This document shows positions 51,161-64,000 of a stretch of DNA of 64,000 bases, in pieces. The stretch comes from Eledone cirrhosa (lineage: Eukaryota). The stretch's first letter is position 1. Each line of letters starts with the position of its first letter. A program made the translations under genes and the position numbers. The notes beneath the pieces are model-generated. The model searched no databases and was not told the DNA's origin. It saw only the letters and a list, made by a program, of their open reading frames with translations. The stretch is from the NCBI GenBank assembly GCA_964016885.1, contig OZ024743.1, positions 257,486,001-257,550,000 of the forward strand, given 5' to 3'.

Positions 51161-53662
51161 CATACATGTATATAAATGGAGAGAGAGAAAAAGAGAGAGG
51201 GGAAGAAAGCAGTAAGAGAGAGAGAGAGAGTTCTGTTGCCATGATGGATATATAAAAGTAAAAAAAAATGCTTGTATTCTGTGAATGATTCATGATAATT
51301 CAAGATCATCATCATCATCAGATCTCGCGACATAATTATAGTAAATGGAAGCTTTAACACTGGCATACTTAGCTTCGGGTCACTAACAGCAATTTTCAGT
51401 TTATTCCTTTATTTCACTTCTAGCTTTTCATCTTAATCAATGGCAAATCCTCTTGTTTTTATTGTTGTATTTTTCATTCTTTTGTTTTGGTTTTGAAAGT
51501 TTAAATTTGAAAAGCTTGTTTGTTTTTGATGTTTTTTAACTGCCCCACCCGCTATATTTATTTGTTTTTTATGTCGCCAAATCTCCACTTACTTTGGCGT
51601 CAAACCATCCTTTAATAAGGGAATCTATCCAATAATTCTGTCTTGCTTTTCACTTTCTAAACTTCAAACGACTCCCGGACCTTTGAATTTCATCATAGTC
51701 TTCTTAAAGATTATTAAGTCCTGGCATTCAGGTAAATTTCAAAGGATTTAAAAAAAAACATTTTTGTTATTTTTTTAAATTCTAAATCCAAATTTCATTT
51801 TTCTTTGCTTTGTTTCTTTTATAAAAAAAAATTGTTTTCATTTATAACATCTACCCGCTCCTCTCTCCTCCACATAGAATTGATTATTATTGGGAAATGT
51901 TAAGGTAACTATGGTTGTCTCTGATATATTTTTATTTTATGTAACCAATTGACATATGACGATGTTGGAAATCGAATCTTACTGATATAAAAATTTGAAA
52001 GTGAAAGTAGAAACAGAAGTAGTAAATTTGATAAACTTATTAATCTCAGTTTTATTTGTTTGTTATTTTATTGATGTTATTATTTTATGGTATTGCTGTG
52101 TTGTTGACATTATTTTGTTGTCATTTATTATCATTGTTGCTGTCAATGTTTTGTTGTAATTAGTGTTTCTTATTTTGTTTGAAGATGATATAGAAAGTTC
52201 AGAAAGCATGAAATTCTAAAGGTAATCTTCCCTAGTGACAAAAATGCTTTGTTATTATAAAAATATGAAACCTAATATAAAAAGAATATAAACCTGCTTT
52301 CCATAATAAAACAAAAATCTAATGTCTTTTAAATATACTAGCCAAAAAATTATTGAAAACATTAGTTGTGATAACAAAAGTAATAATAATAATGATTTTG
52401 AAGATAATAATAATTATGATGATGGTAAAAATAATCATTATAATGATGATTATAATAAGCATGACACTAATAATAATAATAAAGTAAAGAGAATTGTAAA
52501 AGCCATATGTTGAAGAGTATTAAACTGCACATGAACATATAAATAAAAGGCTGCTATAAACGAACAACCAAACAAAAATAAAACACAAATGAAATCTATG
52601 AACAAAATTGTTGAACCTTTCTTTGAGCGTTCTTTTGTTAGTTAGTAACTTGTTTTTTCTTTCTGGTGCAACTATAATAACAACAATACTATTATACTAT
52701 AATAACAACAATAATATTAACAAAGCAGAAATACTGGTTTATTGATGTTTCCAAGTGGAAAATATATTTAAATTTATAACTAAACAATAATAATTAACAC
52801 ACACACACACACACACATATCTATATATATATATATATATTGCTCAACTTGGAAAGATTTTAATTTTCTTATTTTTTCATGGAATGGAAAATATATAAAC
52901 AGATAAATTTTGTGTGAAGTGTTGTGCAATGTTTGTGAAATATGTGGAAGAACTATTTAACCTCTTTAATAGAAAACCTTGTGGAACTGCTTAAGATTTT
53001 ATTACCCAAAGCTGTTTATTTTAAAGTGTTTATATTTATCGAAAAACTTTACTTCATAGTTTTATTTAAGAACATTTAATTATGTTCCAAACATCAGATG
53101 AATAATTACTTATGTGGTATAGTATTTAGGTTGTGGGTTCGATTTCTGAAGTGGCAGTGTGTTGTCTTCTTCAGGAAAATGCTTGATTTCACATTGCTTT
53201 TCATGATAAGACTGGAGGCGCTTATCATTAAAACAACCAACAACCCTGTGTGATACAACCACATAGAAGGCTTTGTCAACCTGCATATGTGTGAGCTGTA
53301 AATCAGGATTAAGTTTCTTTTTTTAATTTTTAAAATGATTTGAAAATCAAAAGCAATGTCTTTCATTAGAGATAGGCTAATGAAAAATTTAAAGATACCT
53401 GATTAAAATGCCAATAAACTAAGACAGCCTTGCAAGCCTATAGCACAAGGTGCTTGAGATTCAGAGCCAGAGGAAAACCATGTTGGTAGAGAATTGAAGA
53501 AGTTACCAGCATACTTTGTACTCATGGTATGATACCACTACTGCAAGCCTTAATCCTTGCAAACACCATTCTCCCTATGACACCTTCCCTGTAGTAAGAC
53601 TTGCACCAAACAAGAGCCACTAAGGTAGTTATGGGTCAGTAGAATTTTACCTCCATATATTC

Positions 53663-54135
53663 AGCATCATCAGCATTGTTTAACATCTATTTTCCATGCT
53701 AGCATATGTTAGACAGGTTTGTCCCATTAGAGGCAAGTCAGATCAGGTGACCCTGTCTTGTTCATATTGGACTTTCTGGCTAGGTTTCTATGGCTGGATG
53801 CCGTTCCTAATGCCAACCACATTTACTGTGTGTGCTTGGTGTTTTTTGTCATGACACTTACACAACCACCTTACAGTGAGTATTGGGTGCTTTTTGTAGT
53901 GACACCTACACGACCACTTTACATTCTGAGCTGGATGTTTTTTTGTGATACCAACATAACTTTACAGTGTAAGGGTGGTGTGGACAGAAGTGGGAGGGTG
54001 GGTGTAGAGGCATGAGGATATATGGAAGGGAGTATAATGGTTAGGATGTGCTTACCAGATGTATGTTTGAGTCCATGTGCATGGGTCTTCTGTATTACTG
54101 CATAACGCCAAAGATCTCGATCCTGTGTCATGAAT
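53663..54135 (-). mobile_element. Old RTE 3' end
   Basis: MTQDRDLWRYAVIQKT plus 3'UTR motifs. Confidence 0.75.
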
Positions 54136-57109
54136 TTGATATTGGTTTCTAATTTAAGCATATGGTCAGCAATTTGTTGACAGGGGAAAGTCAATTATAC
54201 CAACCCCTGTAAACTGGTACTTTATTTTATTGACCTCGAAAAGATGAAAAGAAAATTTGACTTTGGTGGGATTTGGATAAGGAGCTAGAACAAATACCAC
54301 TAAGAATTTAATAATATAGAATAACGATTTCATTAGGCTGGTGTTTGGAATATAACTTAATGAAACATTATTACATAGAATTATGATGAAACATTTAGAA
54401 AACATAAGATGTTTTATGTCTTAGAGCTAGGGGCAGTTTCATGTGGTTTAGTATCAAAAAGGTTAAATTTACAATGCTACATGCTTACAGATTTTAATCT
54501 ACAGAACCAAGATGCGTCATTAGCACTGGTACTCAACTCTCAATAGATCAGGTGAAAAAAGAAAATAGAGTATAATTAGTTTTCCAACAATTCTAATTTA
54601 AAATTTTACCCATAGCTGGCCTCTTGTGACAAGTAATTGGCCTAAAAATGTGATGATGAACATTTTCAAAAAGACAATCAAAATATGTTCTTAAGGTATA
54701 AGAAAACACATAGGTACTATTTAGGGGGTTTAAGTGTAGAAGATCTCTCCCTATGTTCAAAGTGTTATGTGATTCATCATCACATTTTTAATTATACAAT
54801 AAACACTGAACCAATTAGAAATTATTTAGATCATTTTCTCTTTAAATTTTGAGGAATATAATTTTATAACCAACGGCACTTGAAAGTTTTCCTGTTTTTT
54901 GTATGTTATTATTATTGTATATCACTGTGTATTAAATTCTGACTTATACATGGCTAATGAGACATAGATGTTGACATAATCGAGACAGAAATAAGAGCTG
55001 CCCTTATTGAGGTTAAATTCAAAACAATATACATGTTTAACTTATATCATGAGTGTTCCAGCAAAGTCTTGTGACGAAAACTAGTAAAAGAACATACATC
55101 ACTGTAATAATCTTGTTTAATCAATCTGCCAGAAAGCATCCCTATTGCTTCAATAGAAATTGTTTTTATTTTTCTAAAACACCTTCCATCATAATTCTAT
55201 GTAAGAACCTTTGTTATGTTCCAAACACCAATTTATTAATGAGAAGGTTATTTATTCCTATTATTAATTTCCTCCAAATTTTTTAATATTTTCAACATTT
55301 TTGAAAATCATAAGCAGTGATTTTTATTAGAATTATAGTAATAAAAAGGTTAAAGTGTTTATATTTGTCTTAAAACATTCGATCATAATTTTATGCAAGA
55401 ACATTTGTTATGTTATATTCTCAACAAAGTTTCAATAATGAGAAAACTAGTTATATTTCTAAATGACTTCAAATCTTTGATTATTTGAAAACCATAGGCA
55501 GTGTCCTTCATTATGATAAGGAAATTGTGGAGATAGTAGAGGTGTAGTTTGAGAAAAATATAGCTGCCATTGCTAGCAAGTTAAGGAACTACATAGTGGT
55601 GTCTCAAGCATATGTATGTATTCTTCAGAAGTTTCAGAGAAATGTAGGTTTTTACAGTAAAAATTACAATACTATATGTGTTAAGATGTGCCACTAACAC
55701 TGGGGCTCACATCTCAATAGAACAGTTTATAGAAGGAGACAAAGTATAATTCACTAATATTCTCTTTAATTACCTTTCTAATTCAACATTTTATCTTAGG
55801 TATAATTTAGGGACAGAGTTTTCAAAGGTCTCTCTAAAGACCAACATGATATGTGACTCATGTCATTTTTAATTGTACAATAAACATTAAAATGATTAGG
55901 CGCTGTTTGAAATTTTAAACATTTTGTCTTTAAATTTTCAGGAATAAATAATTATATAAACAGGAAAATAGTCACTTGAGAATCTCTCTGTTTTCTCTCT
56001 AATTTCTCTGTCTTCTTATCACTGTATATCACTGCGTATTGAAGTCTTCTCATATATATGGCTAATTAGGCATCAATATTGACACGGTCGAGAGAGAAGT
56101 AAGAGGTGCCCTGAGTATTCAGATTAAGTTCACAACAAAAGCCTTGCCTAATCTATGTCGAGATATATATCACCAACACTACTGTGTAACATTAACACAA
56201 CACATTATCATCATAGCTTGTTTCACACGTTCACCTTAATTAATGCAATTACAGGCATCTATTAAAGTTCCATGCATAAACGTCAGGTGTGTGTTTCTCT
56301 GTAAATTCTAGGTTAAATAGTTAGAATTGAGATAAGAAAAGAAAGCTTATTTTTATAATCTAAAGTTTCTACAGAAGTTAAACTAACTGTCTTATACAGT
56401 TAGCTTTATCAAGTTATATATATATACATATATGTATAACTTGATAAAGCTATGTATATATGTGTGTGTGTGTGTAGCATCACTCAGTTTATGTGTTTTA
56501 ATGAATATACTTATAAAAACACACACAAACACAGGAATGAATGACAATGAACAAACATATATAGCCCTCGTCAGCCACCCCACTGAAATCCATCCATGCA
56601 AGTTCGTTCAATTATGGGAAGTATCACTGCTAACTTCAAAATTTACAGAGGTTAGGAAAAAAACAACCAATGAGAAAGATACACGTAAGACAGTATAACA
56701 AGAACATGAGTATTATATATATATATACATATATACATACCCAGTTGTGGTACTAATTACTACAGGTAGTACTTATTTCAGTTCTCAATGCATTTTCATG
56801 AATTGGATATTCACTATTAAAAGTAAGGATTAATACTAATATCTGTTTGTTATTGGCATAAGACACAGATAGTTTATATTAAGAATGAGAGTTTGAAGAC
56901 ACAGTTAAACATATTTTATTCATAACCACATGTAATATGTGATGGACTTATTCCAATTCTAATCTTCCTTGCATCTGACAGGCAAATTGATCTGAGAGTC
57001 AAGTGAATGTAAATGAGTAAATCTTGCATTATGCAAGATTATGAATAAAAAATTTTGAACTGAAATTTTGATCTTTGTTTCTTAATACAAACACACACTC
57101 ACACGCACG

Positions 57110-57263
<154 letters not shown>

Positions 57264-58039
57264 TTAGAATTTATCTTAAAATTACCATGACATTTAAAAT
57301 ATTAACTGACTGGGCACCTAATGTTTGTGGCTAGAGTATAGAATTTTATTTTCTAAGTAGAAAAGTGACAGGGACTTCGACTTTTGAGCTTCATCTCTTG
57401 GATTTTTATGGCCTTATTTGCAAAATTATTAACATAATTATTAAAGCATCTAGGAGAAACATGTACACGTTATTCTGTGTATATGTTTATGCACCTGAAC
57501 AATATGTTACATAGCATACTGCCACAATCACTATCTTCCTACTCTACAACAATAATTATTATCATTTTCATTTACACCCATAATGATAATGACCATCATT
57601 AACTTTACCATCACATATAATCTATTTACTTGATATAAATCTGTATGAATAAACTAATGCTCCTTCTGTTTCGATAATGAGTATTCAGTTGTATTATCAA
57701 TGGGAATACCTTCACATTGAATTAATTTGTAAATAGTTGGGTAGTCCACAAACACATGTACTGTTAATGTATATATCTAAGCCAATCTTTTCAAGTTCCT
57801 GTCAAATACTGGGGTTATTTTAATCAAATCTGCCATACCCTCAAATTAGCGGGTGCTGTGCCTAAATTCAAAATCAATATTCCCAAGCCAATCCTTCCAG
57901 GATCAATAGAATAAAGTACCAGCCAAGTACTGGGGTTCATTTAATAAAATCTTCTCTTCCCTCAAATTTGCTGGCCTTGTGCTTAAATTCAAAATCAATA
58001 CAATTCCCAAACTGTGATTAAATATATGACAAGAGAGGT

Positions 58040-58420
58040 ACAATCCATTCAATGACATCACAATCTTCTTGTTCCACAGTGGTAAGACCCTTATCTGGGA
58101 TGTAACACATAGCACCTGTTTCTCCACTGGCAAGCTGGTGTGTTCAGTGACAGGCCCAAGTGTTGCTCCCCAGCTGAAGACATCAAGCTGTTGAGGTATC
58201 AGTCATTTGCTGATAGATTTCTCACTGAATCTATAACAGTGGACACATCCAGTATTCTTAGTCCATCAACACTGATATCAAGGCAGAGTTTGCCACCCAC
58301 ACAATACCAGCAAGTTGGAATGGCTATTATATGCATCTCCCTTACTTTCTTCTGGGTAATATTTACTCCATTCTGTTTGTTAGGACAATGAGATGGCTTG
58401 TGCCAGTCTTACTACATGTC
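58040..58420 (+). pseudogene. Remnant of a restriction-like endonuclease domain of a CRE/R2-group non-LTR element
   Basis: GKTLIWDVT ... (frameshift) AEDIKLLRYQSF..ITVDT matches the G..L.WD.T / AE..K..KY / AVET pattern. Confidence 0.5.
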
Positions 58421-58980
58421 AGACAACATTCTCCCATACTATCCAGGTTAATAACTTTGAAGTAGTGATAGTGGAGTATTCTTTCTCATGTTTTCTAAAT
58501 TCGTTCTAATTCAATCACAACCCTTAAGAAACAAGAATCTACATCCATCGAATGGGCATCTGCACATTCTAAATCTACCCAATCTCAATCACAAGGCTTG
58601 GGTAAACCCAACGCTACAGTTCAGGCACTTGTTCAAAATGTTACCATACAGTGGGATCAAACCTGGGACCTCATAGTTACAAAGTGAACTTCCTAGCCAA
58701 CCAGCCATACCTGCATTGAAGACATAAAAAGAAGAGTGAAAAAGATTGTTAAATGCTGAAGGTGCATAAATGAGAGTTAATTTGACAACTTGGAAAGAAA
58801 CAAGACAAAGGTTAGCAGACAAAAAATTGACACCACATAAAAGAAAGGACAGAGCAAAGTCCAAAGACTGTCATTGGTTACATCTCATTGTTGATAATAG
58901 ATAGCCCTTTGCTAGTGGCTAATCATTATATATATATGTGTGTGTGCATGTATATGTATGTATATATATATATGTATGTG

Positions 58981-59909
58981 GGGGAGGGTGCTCTGAAAGT
59001 ACAGTAGCTAGAGTCAGAACTGGATGGAAAAAGTTCAGAGAGCTTATACCACTATTAGCCACTAAGGGGTTCTCCCTAAAAATGTAAGGCAGGTTGTATG
59101 ATGCCTGCATACGGACAGCAATGTTGCATGGCAGTGAGACCTGGGCATTGTGTGCAGAGGATATACGCAGACTAGAGAGGAACGAAGCTTGCATGCTCCG
59201 CTGGATGTGTAATAGTAATATACGTAAACTGCAAAGCATAAACGAACTAAGGAAAAAATTAAAAATAAGAGGGATCAGATGTTGTTTACTCGAGAGAAGG
59301 CTACGTTGGTATGGACACGTGATGCGCATGAAAGTCGATAGCTGTATAACAAAGTGCAGGGCAATAAAGATAGACGGTAGCCACGGAATAGGCAGACCTA
59401 GAAAAACCTGGGACGAGCTGATAAACTCCGACCTCACACACTTACACCTCTCCAAGACAATGTCACTGGACCGAGACCTTTGGCGGTACTCAGTAATAGA
59501 GAAGACCCGCCTTACCTAAATACATAGTAAAACCTACTACAGTCAGTAGGCATCCCTAACAAAATACAGCCCCGTCCCACCACCCCCACCCCACCCACAC
59601 CGCCCCCTTCTATGTAAAGTTATGTTGGTGCCACACAATCCAGGCCGAAACAAATGAGATCGTGTAGGTGTCACGACAAAAAAACACACAGTCCACGCTG
59701 TAATGTGGCCGCGTAGGCAACACGGTAAAAACCTCCCAGACCCACACTGTAAATGTGGTTGGTGTTAGGAAGGGCATCCAACTGTAGAAAACCTGCCAGA
59801 CAGTCCTATGCGAGCAAGACAATCACTCTTGCCTCAAGTGGGAAAACCCCCGTCCAAACCCATGCAACCGTGGAACACGGACGTTAAACGTTGATGATGA
59901 TGATGATGA

Positions 59910-59911
<2 letters not shown>
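58981..59911 (+). mobile_element. 5'-truncated young copy of the intact RTE family
   Basis: Protein almost identical to the C-terminus of 36579-39749, with one TAA at ~59085; (GAT)n tail in (TA)n. Confidence 0.92.
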
Positions 59912-59966
<55 letters not shown>

Positions 59967-60004
59967 TATATATGTATATGTATATATGCATATGTAAATA
60001 TGTG

Positions 60005-60051
<47 letters not shown>

Positions 60052-60225
60052 TTAGTGTGTGTGTGTGTGTGTATATATATCATCATCATCATCATCATCA
60101 TCACCGTTTTACGTCCGTTCTTCCATATCATTGAATAATATACTCCAGAAAATCTGTCGAGTGCTTCAAATCAGTTATAAACATTTATATTTGTTGAATT
60201 ACCAACAAATTAAATATCCGTTTTG

Positions 60226-60299
<74 letters not shown>

Positions 60300-63200
60300 T
60301 ATATATATATATATATATTATAATATCATTAAAATTATGTGAAACATTTTAGATATTATTAATAAATTGGGCTCGAACTGTGCAGAACAAGTAAGTTTAC
60401 AGATATTGATAAAGAGGAAACATTTTGGATGCCTGCAAGGGAGGGAAGACATTGAAAGATTTATTATTAAACGAAAGTTAGAGTAATTACTGTTTTCTTT
60501 GTCTGCAATTACCAAACAAACATTACACCCCCCCCCCCCCCCCACACACACACACACACATGCACACCACACGCATATACACACAGATGAATGCACTCAC
60601 ACACTCTTGCACACAGAAAATATACATTCAAGATTTTGTTTTATCTTTTTATTATTTCTTAGTGAAAGACAGCGAGATTGGCTGAATCATTAGAATGTCA
60701 GATGAAATGTATTATAGTATTTTATTTTGACCTGTTGTGGTTTCAAATCCTGCCGAGGTTAACTTTGCCTTTCATCCTTCCAGGGTTAATAAAATAAAGT
60801 ATCGTCTAAGTACTGAGGTTGATATAATCAACTTTCCCCTTCCCTCAAGTTGCTGGTCTTGTGCCAGTGTTAGAAAGAATTAAAATTTCTTTCTGTGAGT
60901 GAAGGTGCTTAGCTTAGGTGTTCAATGTTTAATAGCTGATTAAACAGAGTGGGTGCCAGTCCAGCAAAAATTAGGTATTAGTATTGGTGCTCTGAAATTA
61001 CTGGAATTGTATAAGAATCCAGCTTTTATAATTCTCGGTGGAAGCAAAGGGGTGAGTAGTTTTGATAACCGCTAACGAGCAAGAAACAGGACTGTCGATT
61101 ACTCCACTTTGTTTTTGCCGAGAATAAGTAAGTGACATAGTCACTACATTAAAGTTCATAGCGAATTGTCTTCAAAATGTTTTTAATTAAACATACAGTA
61201 TATTATCAAATATACTATACATACATTTATATATACATCGCTATTTCCGAGCACCAATACTAATACTTATAAAAATATTTATATAAAAGAGCCTATATGC
61301 ATTGATGTTTTAGAGGAGGTATAACATTAGGTCCACTGGTTTAGAAAACTCACGAAAAGAAGGATTGTGGAAGGGGTTAGAGTTTTCTCTCTTACATTAG
61401 AAGATGCAAATTTGTGTGGAACAGGTCGTTAAAGGTTTTTTTGATTTAAAAAAAAATGTAAGTGTTTACTAACAACATATATCCAAAACCTACACTGTAT
61501 GTGTGCACTTCGGTGTGTCTGTATATTATTTATTTGTGTGGGATACAAACCTGTCAGTTTGTACGTGTGTTTGTGTATCTATGTTTATAAGTGTACTTGA
61601 TTGATTGCATACATGTTTGTTTATATTGTTCATGTATGTATGTGTTTGTGTGTGGATATTGCGGATATGAATGCTTGATTACCACTGTCTATGTCTTTCT
61701 TGGTGTGTACATGTGTTTCTCAGTGTAGGTATGTGTTTGTGTGAATATGACTGATTTTATGGTTCTCTGTATTTAGATCTATTTCTATGTGTATGTATCT
61801 ATTTCTGTGTTTTACACACATTTCCTTGTATGTGTGTGACTGCTCTCCTGTGTGTACATGTGTTTCTGTGTATGTGTGTGTATATGTTATTGTATGTGTG
61901 AGTGTGTGTATGTATGTATGTGAGTATGCATAAAAACGTGCTGTAGTGTATGTATGTGTCTGTTGTTTATCTAGTTTTTCGCCAAAATAAATTAAACAGC
62001 TCACGTAGATTTAAAGAAATGTGTTCAAACCAAGGTGGCCTTGGTTCACGAGGTCAACAAGTTGATGGCATTAAATGATCCAATTTAACACTATTTTAAC
62101 CCCGTACCATTTTCAAGATTAAAATTACTATACAAATCTATATTTCCATCAGATATGTGCCAAAATTGTCTTCTTTATGTTTTCAAGTTTACTTGTACTA
62201 AAGAATGCTCATATATTTGTTATGACTTAAAAAAAATATAATATGAATAACAAATATAATATATTTCCACATAAATATTATTTAAGATGAAAGAAACATT
62301 GTTCAAAGTCACCTTAACTCATGTAGAGAATAAGAAGGTGGTTAACACATTCCATACCAAATCACACGAAATCACCCTGAGCTCTGTGATACATTGGTGT
62401 TTCATTTTTAAAGTACTTTATTCATTTCCCTAAAGGTCACCTATATACACAACAATACAATAAAGATATATAGTTAAATAGATATTTGCACATGGTATCC
62501 CTGTTATAGATACATAAAAAACATTATCAGATGTATAAACATTGTTTGGAAAGCATATATATTACTTTCGTTTTCATATCAATTTTTTCTTGAAACATTT
62601 GTTTGATGTAGATCATTTGAAAGTATTCCATTTGAAGCAGACATTGCTCACACAGATACATTCTTAAATATGTATTTACATAAAGCAAACATAGGTTGTT
62701 GTGTTTTACTCTTTGCAAATGACATGAGATTGTGTATATTCCTTTTGACTAAATTCAGCTATCAAAAGTTGTTTTGATGTGCCTTACACCGGCACACGTT
62801 TCTTATAAGGTTGCAATCTTAATTGGACGTTTCTGTTTTATATTTGGTTGACAATGTAGGATATTTTCCAATAATGATTTCTCATTTTAGCACAGAGACC
62901 AGCAATTTAGAGGTAAGGAAAAGTCAGTTATATCTACCCAAGTACTTAAACTGGTACTATATTTTATCGACCTTGTGAGGATGAAAGGTAAAATTGAACC
63001 TGATGTGATTGGAACTCAGAACATTTAGAGCCAGAAGAAATACTGCTAAGAATATGACCTATTTTCATCTGACTCTGCCAATCCACTAATAATAAATATA
63101 TGTAATCTTATTCTCCATAGTTTTATTTGTTGATTTTCTAGGTTTCTTTTGTGTTTTTTTTTTTTTACTGTTAGGTCAGTAAGCGAGGAGCAGAGCCCAT

Positions 63201-63463
63201 ATACAATTTTCCTTGCCTCTGAGACTGATGAGAGGGGGAAGGTTGAAGAAGGTAACACCAAACCTCAGCAAGTGAGGGGTTGGGCCTATATATCTGTTTT
63301 CCTTGCCTCCTAGACAGATGGAGGAGGAAAGGCTGGTGGAAGGTTTCTTCAAACCAGAAATCTTGTGTAAATACTTGCAATAAAGGGTGGCTCTCTGCTA
63401 AATACACAAAACGACCAAGTGGTGGAGCTAATATAGACACATTAAGGCTACTACCAAACACCA

Positions 63464-63955
63464 TCATCATCACCATTTAACATCTATTTTCCATCCTTAG
63501 ATGTACTGTCATGTGTTGATGACAGACAGGCCAGGTGACTATGTCTTGCTAGTTTTGACTTGGTTTCTAGATGGATGCTCTGCCTTTCTTAATGCCAATC
63601 ACTTTATAGCATGTACTAGGCACATTTTACTATGACTCTGGCACTACCACCTTACAGGGAGAGCTGGGTGCCTTTCATCATGGCACCAGCACTACCACCC
63701 TACAGGGCGGACAAGGTGCTTTTCGTTATGGCACCAGCCCTATCACCATAGAGAGAGGACTGGGTTTGTTTTGTCACAATACCAGCATCACCCCATAATT
63801 GGGTGGCCTGGGTGCTTTTTGTCATAGCACCAGCAGTACCCCCATACAGAGAGAAATGGTAGTGTTTGGTCATGTAACCAGCACTACCATTTTATAGGGA
63901 GAATGGGTGCTATTCATCATGGCATCAGCACTACCAGCTTACAGGGTGGACCATA
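63464..63955 (-). mobile_element. RTE/SINE 3' tail with an expanded ~48-bp tandem subrepeat (~7 copies)
   Basis: tggcaccagcactaccaccctacaggg..ggtgctttt repeated from ~63600. Confidence 0.75.
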
Positions 63956-64000
63956 TAAACTACAATATGACTTAAACTCAAAATACAGAGTCAGAACAAA

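Overview
This is AT-rich, microsatellite-laden animal genomic DNA. The (TA)n/(CA)n/(CAT)n load and the SINE/LINE types suggest a cephalopod such as Octopus, but that is inference. No host protein-coding gene can be supported; most listed ORFs are microsatellite artefacts. The window is a dense transposon graveyard. It holds one intact RTE-type LINE ORF (1056 aa, APE endonuclease + RT with a PHD-like Zn finger) with about 9 truncated relatives and partner tRNA-derived SINEs. It also holds a disrupted Ty3/gypsy element with a single LTR, Penelope-like elements (PLEs) of two types, non-autonomous Helitrons, a Tc1/mariner remnant and a CRE-like endonuclease remnant. Two signals stand out on reading by eye. 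(1) The gypsy element has no tRNA primer-binding site; instead a 13-nt sequence just inside the LTR is perfectly complementary to a segment of the LTR itself, matching Tf1-style self-priming geometry. (2) At least 10 hammerhead-ribozyme motifs occur in PLE-type repeats, including U3-A8 and U4C core variants each seen in two copies, and a head-to-head ribozyme palindrome.
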